Assembly: GCA_023473665.1 (NCBI GenBank)
Contig: JAMCYM010000001.1
Location: 52,923 to 116,922 of the forward strand
DNA from: Candidatus Marsarchaeota archaeon
GTDB lineage: Archaea; Micrarchaeota; Micrarchaeia; Micrarchaeales; Micrarchaeaceae
Reading direction: 5' to 3'
Length of the DNA stretch: 64,000 nucleotides
Position 1 is the stretch's first letter. Every line of letters starts with the position of its first letter. Of this stretch, positions 36,212 through 43,539 are shown one piece after another. Under the pieces are notes generated by a model. The model worked only from the letters and a program-made list of their open reading frames with translations. It was not told the origin of the DNA and ran no database searches. Both the position numbers and the translations under genes were made by a program.

Positions 36212-36221
36212 CTATATAAAT
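36212..36221. promoter_or_regulatory. TATA box upstream of the 23S rRNA, possibly bidirectional
   Basis: CTATATAAAT about 200 nt upstream of the 23S 5' end; it also sits at promoter distance from the minus-strand zinc-ribbon ORF. Confidence 0.4.
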
Positions 36222-36415
36222 CTTTCACGCCCTAAATATTGCTGGTGTCGGTATGGCAGCCTGAGCACTCAGTGGCTCCTGTATTTGAAAGCTAGTTTTG
36301 CTTGCTTTGTGAAGATACACCTGCTATCTAGAGCGCTCTATCTGTGCTGCTGTGCTATTGCACTTGTGTGATCGTGCGTTTGCGCGATTGAATCGAGGAG
36401 AAGAGAAGCTTGCAA

Positions 36416-39250
36416 AATTTTTAAGCCACCTAGAGGATGGCTTGGCTATAGCAGCGATGAAGGCCGTGGCAAGCTGCGATAAGCCCGGGGTAGCCGCAAG
36501 TCAGGCTTTGAACCCGGGATTGCCGAATTGCGCACAGCGATGTGCGAGCACACGCGGGGAACTGAAATATCTTAGTACCCGCAGGAAAAGAAAGCGAAAG
36601 CGATGCGGTAAGTAATGCGAATGAAAGCCGCACAGGGCGAACTGAATCCCGCTTTGCAAAAGGCGCGGAGATGTGGGGCAGCGCCGATCCAGGACATGAG
36701 CCGAGCGCGCTGGAAAGCGCGGCCATAGAGAGTGACAGCCTCGTAGGCTAAGTGCGATGGACCTGCTGCCGGAGAGTAATTCCGCTCGAGTATGCGGAGT
36801 GAAGACGGGGGCATTAAACCCCAACCCTAAATATTGGCTATAGACCGATAGCGAACAAGTAGCGTGAGCGAAAGCTGAAAAGAACCCACACGCGTGGGAG
36901 TGAAAAGATCTGAAACTAGGTGGTGACACGAAGGTATGGCGAGGAAGGAATGATGTGCGCCGAAGCGCGAGCTTGAGAAGGCTTAGCGAGGCGCAAGAAC
37001 CATTGTCATGCCATTCTTCTTGAAGCAAGAGCCAGGGAGTGTATGGATGTGGCGAGCCGTAAGGCGTAGCGAAAGCGAGAGCGCGCAGCATGCGAGGCGC
37101 GAGGTATGAAAATGCCCAAGTCACACTCATACGACCCGAAGCCACTGCGAACTACGCGCGCCCAAGGCGAAGCTAGGCTAACGCCTGGTGGAGGCCTGCA
37201 ACCTGTCATGGCATGCCCTGTTGGGTGAGGCGCGGGTAGCGGCGATATACCACTCGAGCGTGGCAATAGCGGGTCCCCTCTGAAGTATCTTTAGGATAGC
37301 TCCGGGCGAGCTTGCGCACGCGGTAGAGCGACCGATTGATGGGTATGGGTCCGGAAGGACTCGCCTGTCCGTCAAACTCCGAATGCATGCGCTGCGTAGA
37401 CCCCGGGAGTCGGCGGTGTTGGGTAAGCTAGCACCGCGAGACTGCAAAGATAGTGACCAAGGTTAAGGTCCCCAAATCCTAGTTAAGTGCAAAGAAAGCG
37501 AGAAGCGCCACAGACAGCTGGGAGGTAGGCTCAGAAGCAGCCATCCTTCAAAAAACGCGTAATAGCGTACCAGTTGAGGCGTTCCTTTCTGAAAATATAC
37601 GGGGCTAAACTAGGTACCGAGACCCTGGAGTGCGAAAGCACTGGTAAGAGGGCGTACGGCGCGGCTGGAAGCATGCGCGAGAGCACATGTGGACCGCGCC
37701 GCAGTGAACATCCTGGTGTTAGTAATAGCATATATGGGTGAGAATCCCATACACCGTAAGCACACGGGTTTCTTCGCAACGCTTGTCAGCGGAGAGTTAG
37801 GCGATCCTAAGCGGCGGGCCAATCACCTCGCCGCAAAAGGGAAGCTGGTTAATATTCCAGCCCCTAACGTGTAGGTGTGGCAACACAAGGCAGATTTCTG
37901 ACGCCTGGGGATAGGTCCGCAAGAAAGTGCAAAGGGCTGTGGAGTCTCGTTATGAGGAGAAGCAGCTAAATGAACTGTTGGACTGATTTCTTGGGCCCGT
38001 GAAAAGGGAATCTGCAACGATCACGTTAGTCCGTACCTAGAACCAGTACAGGTGCTGCTGGCTTAAAAGGCCAAGGTGTGTCGGAATAACCATGGTTAGG
38101 GAATTCGGCAAAATAGTGGCGTAAGTTTTCGACAAGCCATGTCTGCGCCTAGTAAGCGCAGATGTCACTGACAAGGGAACAACGACTGTTTATCAAAAAC
38201 ACAACTCACCGCAAAGCCGAAAGGCTAAGTACAGTGGGTGACGCCTGCTCACCGCCAGTACGTGAACACCCTTTTCAAGGGGGATAAGCGCTGGCAAAGA
38301 GCGGGAGTAACTCTGACTCTCTTGAGGTAGCGTAATACCTCGTCACTTAATAGGTGACTTGCATGAAGGGCGTAACGATTGTTCCACTGTCCCAACCATG
38401 GATCCGGTGAACTCACTTCGTGGTGAATATGCCACGATCCTCCAGTGGGAAATGAAGACTCTATGAAGCTTGACTACAGCCTGCTGTTGTTGTCCGGTTT
38501 GCCATACATAGCGTAAGTGGGAGCGTCGATGCGCGCGCTGCGGCGCGCGCGGAGCGACAATGTAACACCACTTTTGGCTTTCCGTACAGCTTACCCGAGA
38601 GGGGACAGCTACAGGTGGGTAGTTAGACTGGACGGTTACTTTCGATAGGGAAACGAAAGCGACCAAAGCTCTGCTTAGGCGAGTTGGAAACTCGCCGCTA
38701 AGCAAAAAGGCAAATGCAGGGCTGACTGTGCACTGAAAAGCGTGGTGCGCAGACTGGAAACAGGGGCTTAACGAACGTTGGTAGCTCTTTTAATGGGGCT
38801 CCAAGCTGTCAGACAAGTTACTCTAGAGGTAACCGATTCGTCGCCGGCGAGAGTTCACATCGACCTGGCGCATTGATACATCGTTATGGGCTTGGGTTAT
38901 CCTGGTGGTGCACAAGCTGCCAAGGGTTGGGCTGTACGCCCATTAAAAACTCACATGAGCTGCGTTCAGTACGTCGCGAGACAGTACGGTAGTATCTACT
39001 GGAGGTGTAAGTGCCAGAGGATAAGACCCCCTTAATACGAGAGGAACGGGGGATCGGCGCCACTGGTGTACCTGTTGTGAATGCATTGCAGGGTAGCTAC
39101 GCGCCAAATGGATAAGTCCTGAAAGCATCTAAGGACGAAGCCAGACCCGAAACGAGGCACTAGGGCGGCCGCAATCGACGGCTTTGATAGGAGGGGTGCG
39201 CAAGCAGGGAGCTCACGCGACCTGCGAACATTCCCTTACTAACGCCTTAC
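36416..39250 (+). rRNA. 23S ribosomal RNA (unlinked from the 16S, strongly divergent)
   Basis: 5' domain GGGGAACTGAAATATCTTAGTACCCGCAGGAAAAGAAA, sarcin-ricin-like GTACGAGAGGAAC-type region, 3' GAAAGCATCTAAG. Flanked by complementary processing-stem arms at 36397-36415 and 39251-39268. Confidence 0.9.
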
Positions 39251-39270
39251 TTGCAAGCTCTCTTCTCCAA

Positions 39271-39283
39271 TTTTTTTGTTTGC
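39271..39283 (+). terminator. T-run terminator after the 23S rRNA
   Basis: TTTTTTTGTTTGC directly after the 3' processing-stem arm. Confidence 0.4.
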
Positions 39284-39350
39284 TTAATGCCCTAGCGGAG
39301 CCGCTCTACCTCGTACATCCAACGCGCAGCATGATTTGAGGCTGCACGCC

Positions 39351-39872
39351 TCACTTCTTATTGTCGTCGCTCCGCTTCTCCAGGAAACGCTTGCCTATCT
39401 CGGCCCTGTTCACAAGGCTCGTGTTCATCGCCTCTATCTCCTCTGGCTTGAGCACGCGCTCCAGTATGAACCTCGAATACGTGGCCGATAACTGCGACAT
39501 GTCCATGAGCATGTTCTGCAGCTCGCCCATCTTGAAGCTCAGGTCCTTTGTCGGCTTTAGTATCTCTATGCCCGCAGGTGCATAGTTGAATGCGATGTTT
39601 ATTATCGACATAAAGTTCTCAAACAGAACCGTGATTACGGCGCTGGTGGTATAGACGTCCTTCTGCTGCAGCGGCTCCTCTATGGCGCCATAGCAATAGA
39701 CCACCCCCTTCTCCTTCATCAGGTGGTTGTTGATAAGGTCAGTCATCAAAGGCTGCAGCTGTTCCTTGTCCTTGTGCTGCATGTCGAAGTAGAACTTTAC
39801 CAGCACGCCCCCTCTTGCGATCTTCTCTTCTGTTACTTTGTCTACCTCTGATTTTGCCATGGCATTGCCCAC
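39351..39872 (-). CDS. Hypothetical protein, coupled to thioredoxin
   Basis: 173-aa ORF with no motif I recognise; its start lies 1 nt after the trx stop. Confidence 0.45.
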   Translation of the reverse strand: MGNAMAKSEVDKVTEEKIARGGVLVKFYFDMQHKDKEQLQPLMTDLINNHLMKEKGVVYCYGAIEEPLQQKDVYTTSAVITVLFENFMSIINIAFNYAPAGIEILKPTKDLSFKMGELQNMLMDMSQLSATYSRFILERVLKPEEIEAMNTSLVNRAEIGKRFLEKRSDDNKK

Positions 39873-39873
39873 A

Positions 39874-40194
39874 TTACTTGTTGCTCTCTATCCATCTCTT
39901 AAGCATTTCCTTAGGCACTGCGCCTACGCTCTGCGCCTTCACCTTGCCCTTCTCGAACAGCAGCGTTGTCGGTATGCTCATTATGCCGTACTTGTTGGCC
40001 AGTTCCGGGTTTTCGTCGGCATCTATCTTCACAAACTTTATCTTGCCATCGTAGTCTTTCGACACCTCCTCTATGACGGGCGAATATATCCTGCACGGCC
40101 CGCACCACACTGCCCACACGTCGGCTATGACTGGCATGTCCGACTTAAGCACTTCCCCTTCGAAAGTCTTCTCAGTGACGTCTATAACACTCAT
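39874..40194 (-). CDS. trxA: Thioredoxin
   Basis: 106 aa; WAVWCGPCR active site and typical thioredoxin fold length. Confidence 0.9.
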   Translation of the reverse strand: MSVIDVTEKTFEGEVLKSDMPVIADVWAVWCGPCRIYSPVIEEVSKDYDGKIKFVKIDADENPELANKYGIMSIPTTLLFEKGKVKAQSVGAVPKEMLKRWIESNK

Positions 40195-40304
40195 TTCTGC
40201 TCACCTAAAATTTGCATATTGTTAGCGCATCAGGAATATTTAAACCTTGTGTGAGCGGGTTTTTATCGCGGACCATAGCCCTCGGACTGATGTGACAGGC
40301 AAAG

Positions 40305-40332
40305 ATATTTATGTCTAATGACACATAAATAT
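40305..40332. promoter_or_regulatory. Perfect 10-bp inverted repeat (candidate operator) upstream of the RHH gene
   Basis: ATATTTATGT (40305-40314) / ACATAAATAT (40323-40332), 8-nt spacer; 21 nt upstream of the ATG at 40353 and overlapping the A/T-rich promoter region. Confidence 0.45.
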
Positions 40333-40352
40333 GTGTAATATGTGGTAATTGC

Positions 40353-40715
40353 ATGACAAAGAATATGACTTTGACAGTACCGGACGACGTCTGGCGGGCG
40401 ATGAAGGAGCACCCAGAGATCAATTGGAGCACAGTGGCGCGGAAAGCATTCATTTCATTCGTTAAGGTCCTGTCGAAAGCGGAGGACACCGAGAGCAGGC
40501 TGGCAAAGGAGTACGGCCCCGGCATGGTGAGCCGGGTAAACTTTGGGATAAGCGAAAACTACAACGAAAACAAGTATCCGGGCGAGGCCGGTATGATTGG
40601 GGCGGGATTCAATGCCGGCATCAACTTCAATATGAGCATAACCCCAACAATCAATAGGTCCCAAGAGAAGAAGACAACCCTGGAAAACACCCTCAAAGAC
40701 GCACTGAAAGACTAA
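40353..40715 (+). CDS. Ribbon-helix-helix-like protein with an N/G-rich C-terminal region (hypothetical)
   Basis: 120 aa; N-terminal MTLTVPDDVWRAMKEHPEINWSTVARKAF resembles CopG/RHH antitoxin-like domains. Confidence 0.45.
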   Translation: MTKNMTLTVPDDVWRAMKEHPEINWSTVARKAFISFVKVLSKAEDTESRLAKEYGPGMVSRVNFGISENYNENKYPGEAGMIGAGFNAGINFNMSITPTINRSQEKKTTLENTLKDALKD

Positions 40716-40814
40716 GCCGGATTAAGGGCGGCCAAGGTCATAGCTGGCGGCCTGCAGCTCTTTGACCGGACGCATTGAATAACGTCGCTTCCGCTAATTG
40801 TGCGCCTGCATCAG

Positions 40815-40822
40815 ATTTAAAT
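40815..40822 (+). promoter_or_regulatory. TATA box driving the C/D sRNA and the histone-fold operon
   Basis: ATTTAAAT 24 nt upstream of the C box at 40846. Confidence 0.5.
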
Positions 40823-40842
40823 GCGTTTAACCACACAATAAG

Positions 40843-40905
40843 CCAGTGATGAAAAGAGAGTCAGCTGAGCTAAGGCTGTGATGTGGATCTTGAGTGCTGA
40901 AATGG
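40843..40905 (+). ncRNA. Box C/D sRNA (dual guide)
   Basis: C GTGATGA 40846-52; 12-nt guide; D' CTGA 40865-68; 9-nt spacer; C' GTGATGT 40878-84; 12-nt guide; D CTGA 40897-900. The D' guide has 11 contiguous Watson-Crick pairs with the in-window 23S (38313-38323). Confidence 0.75.
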
Positions 40906-40914
40906 AGTGAGCGC

Positions 40915-41121
40915 ATGGCGATATCGAAGGGCGACGTCAAGAAATTCGTGAAGGAGCGCTTCAACGTCATGATGGAGGATGCTGCAGCGGAGAAGATGGC
41001 AGAGATGCTAGAGAGCAAGGCCGCAGAGATAGCCAAGTATGCCGTTGAACATGCTAAGAAAGGCAGCAAGGCCGTCTGCGCAGAGGATATAGACGCCTAC
41101 AAGCTTGAGCACGGGAATTGA
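40915..41121 (+). CDS. Histone-fold protein (divergent archaeal histone-like)
   Basis: 68 aa from the ATG; aligns by eye helix-for-helix with HMfB (NVMMEDAAAEKMAEMLESKAAEIAKYAVEHAKKGSKAVCAEDIDAY vs AERVSDDARITLAKILEEMGRDIASEAIKLARHAGRKTIKAEDIELAV). The RKT DNA-contact motif is replaced by SKA. Confidence 0.55.
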   Translation: MAISKGDVKKFVKERFNVMMEDAAAEKMAEMLESKAAEIAKYAVEHAKKGSKAVCAEDIDAYKLEHGN

Positions 41122-41664
41122 ATGCAGGCAGCCATCTCAGAAAGCCCACGCCACTCGATACGCCTGGACTATGGGGAGCATGCACGGACCACCATGCTCT
41201 GGGAGCCCATAAACAAAGACTATGCTTTAGAGACTACGTTCGATGCACAGGGCGCAATATTAAATCAAAAGTTGGTAAGGCTGAACGGGCATACAATACG
41301 CGACATGGTATCGGATTTCATAGAGAGCTCCGGCATAGAGTCCAGGGAGAGCGTATACGAGGAGGTGCGCCTGGGCGCCAGATGCCCAAAGTGCGGCTCG
41401 CCCGAGCTCAGGCGTTCCGCGCAATCCGCGTCAAGCCCCGACAACGTGCCTGTCATGCCCATGTATGTCTGCCAAGCCTGCGGCGCAAAGAGCTATTACC
41501 TGACAGATTCCTACCTGAAGGAGCTCGTCAGGCACAACAAGGCTCTATTCGAACCAAAAGAGCTTGAGGAGCTCGATGGAAATGAGGAAAGGTTTATAAA
41601 AGAGATTAGAGAGTATATATCGCGCATGTTTGCGTCGAAGAAAATTCTAAGCATAAAGCTATGA
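41122..41664 (+). CDS. Zinc-ribbon protein (hypothetical), coupled to the histone-fold gene
   Basis: 180 aa; CPKCGS ... CQACGA ribbon; the ATG directly follows the upstream stop codon. Confidence 0.45.
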   Translation: MQAAISESPRHSIRLDYGEHARTTMLWEPINKDYALETTFDAQGAILNQKLVRLNGHTIRDMVSDFIESSGIESRESVYEEVRLGARCPKCGSPELRRSAQSASSPDNVPVMPMYVCQACGAKSYYLTDSYLKELVRHNKALFEPKELEELDGNEERFIKEIREYISRMFASKKILSIKL

Positions 41665-41682
41665 TGCGCAATTGATGATACA

Positions 41683-41928
41683 ATGGCTACTCTTTTGTCA
41701 GACCTGTATGGGAAGCAGATAATCACTACGACCGGCAACAAGCTCGGTCTCGTGGAAGACGTAATACTCGACTTCGAGTCCGGTACTGTGTCAAACCTGC
41801 TTCTGACTAAGATCGATAATCTTGTCAAGTCCCAGAACACAGCAACGGAACTAAGGAAGAACAGCGTCTCCTACGACCGCGTCAAGAACGTCTCCGAGAC
41901 CATAATAGTTGGTACACAGAAGCTGTAA
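41683..41928 (+). CDS. Small PRC-barrel domain protein
   Basis: 81 aa; LYGKQIITTTGNKLGLVEDVILDFESGTVSNLLL matches the PRC-barrel pattern. Confidence 0.65.
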   Translation: MATLLSDLYGKQIITTTGNKLGLVEDVILDFESGTVSNLLLTKIDNLVKSQNTATELRKNSVSYDRVKNVSETIIVGTQKL

Positions 41929-41953
41929 CAATCCCGGTTCTGCTTCTGCAGCA

Positions 41954-42085
41954 TCAGTCAGTAGAGATCTCTCTCGGCACGTTGGGCCTCTTCTTAACTA
42001 GTATGCGCCCACCGCAGTAGGTGCACCTCGTGAAGCCCTCGAGTTCCTTTATCTCCTTCCCGCAACTTGCGCATATGTAAACCAT
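41954..42085 (-). CDS. rpoP: DNA-directed RNA polymerase subunit P (Rpo12)
   Basis: 43 aa from M22, MVYICASCGKEIKELEGFTRCTYCGGRILVKKRP; CxxC...CxxC zinc ribbon; conserved position near L37Ae. Confidence 0.75.
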   Translation of the reverse strand: MVYICASCGKEIKELEGFTRCTYCGGRILVKKRPNVPREISTD

Positions 42086-42126
42086 TAAAGCACCTATTGC
42101 CAATTTAGCGTTCGAAATATAAATGC

Positions 42127-42486
42127 CTATCTGTTCTTCTTCAGCCATTTCACGAACTCGTTGTGCAGTGCGGACTTGCTCGTGTCTATCACGCGTATCT
42201 TGAGCGTCGAGGCGTTGTAGTGCTCGTCATTCAGGTCAAGGACCGATGAATAGTCCTTCATCTCGCAGAAGTGCACCTCCATCCAGTGTATTGTGCCGTC
42301 CATGTAGTCGTCAATTACCCTCTTGGACATCGGAACCGAAGAGAAGCTGAAGAGTATTCCGTTGCACCAGTAAAGCGGCATTGTGCCGGCAGGCGTGACA
42401 CGCTCCCTGAGCAGGTCGTCTGCCTGCACCTTCACGGCCTCATGCACCACCAGCTCCTGTATCGGTGCGTATGTTATCTTAACCAT
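42127..42486 (-). CDS. Hypothetical protein between L37Ae and RpoP
   Basis: 119 aa from M61 of ORF 42127-42666; the upstream part of that ORF overlaps L37Ae out of frame. No motif I recognise. Confidence 0.45.
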   Translation of the reverse strand: MVKITYAPIQELVVHEAVKVQADDLLRERVTPAGTMPLYWCNGILFSFSSVPMSKRVIDDYMDGTIHWMEVHFCEMKDYSSVLDLNDEHYNASTLKIRVIDTSKSALHNEFVKWLKKNR

Positions 42487-42506
42487 ATAATCACAGTTTA
42501 AGCACT

Positions 42507-42749
42507 TCAGCGCTGCGCGTTCAGATTCTCTATCTGGCGCCTCGCCATCTCGCCGGCCGGAGTAGTCATAGTGTATGCACCGCCAGCGTATACCTTGCCG
42601 CAGTGGGTGCACTTCCATATGCTCGTGCCTATGCGCCTGACAGTCATGCGCCCGCACGCCTCGCACTTGTAGTGCGCAGCCTTCTGCCTTCTCACAGCGT
42701 CGGCCCTCTTCCTTATCCTCGCGCCGTATCTAACGCTTGCGTTGACCAT
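42507..42749 (-). CDS. rpl37ae: Ribosomal protein L37Ae (eL43)
   Basis: 80 aa; GARIRKR ... YKCEACGR ... WKCTHCGKVYAGGAY zinc ribbon. Confidence 0.9.
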   Translation of the reverse strand: MVNASVRYGARIRKRADAVRRQKAAHYKCEACGRMTVRRIGTSIWKCTHCGKVYAGGAYTMTTPAGEMARRQIENLNAQR

Positions 42750-42753
42750 GCAA

Positions 42754-43539
42754 TCACCTAACGCTCTCCTCTATGAGCTTCCTTAGCTCTGCGTGCTTCT
42801 TGAACGATTCATTTATAAGGCCTTTTATCTCGTCGGCGCTGAAGGCGCCGCTGAGCCCCTTCTGCATAGCGCGTATTACAGAGCCATCGGTCTCTATGGT
42901 GAGCCTGGCGTCGGCTGCGTCCTCCTCTGTTCCCGTCATGTCGAGCACCAGCTTGCCGTCTATCTTGCCGAACGTGGTAGAAGTGACAATTGTGTTTATC
43001 TTGGCTGGCTTATCGCGCTTAGAGTAATCCGCCGCGCCATCGCTATAGCTTGGCATCTTCGTGATGGAGAGCGCAGCCATCGCTGCGATCTCGCATGCGT
43101 CGAACAGGTTGCCGTCGTAGTTGAGGATATACAGGTCAATGTAGGCGCTCCATGCCTTGCCTTCCTCTATGAACATGCTCTCAAGGTCTAGGCAGTTGCC
43201 CGCGCGTATGCCCCTATCAACTACCCGTGCGAGCTCTATCGCGTCAGGGCTCGGCGGCCCTGTCTCGTAATCCGCATTGGCGAGCGGCAGCAGCTCTGCC
43301 GACATCACCAGGTTGCCCTGGTTAGGGGTATCGGGCTTCGGCTCCTCAATCACCACCTTCACGCCCGCAAGCACGCGGGTGTTGCCGAGGTCGACCTGCG
43401 CAGACCCCTCCGCATGGTCTATAATGCCAGTCTTTATCGATATCTTCCTGAAATCGAGCATGCCTCTGGAATCCTCCCTCTGACCCTTGGCAAGCAGCTC
43501 CTTTATGTATCCCTTCCTCACTATGTCCAGCGCGCTCAT
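42754..43539 (-). CDS. rrp42: Exosome complex subunit Rrp42 (RNase PH-like, inactive)
   Basis: 261 aa; RNase PH fold; follows rrp41 with a 4-nt overlap. Confidence 0.85.
   Translation of the reverse strand: MSALDIVRKGYIKELLAKGQREDSRGMLDFRKISIKTGIIDHAEGSAQVDLGNTRVLAGVKVVIEEPKPDTPNQGNLVMSAELLPLANADYETGPPSPDAIELARVVDRGIRAGNCLDLESMFIEEGKAWSAYIDLYILNYDGNLFDACEIAAMAALSITKMPSYSDGAADYSKRDKPAKINTIVTSTTFGKIDGKLVLDMTGTEEDAADARLTIETDGSVIRAMQKGLSGAFSADEIKGLINESFKKHAELRKLIEESVR

Noticed and set aside
36352-39128. About 15 ORFs of 60-214 aa on both strands (for example 36501-37145 and 38343-38705)
   Set aside because: They fall inside the 23S rRNA gene, so they are not protein-coding.
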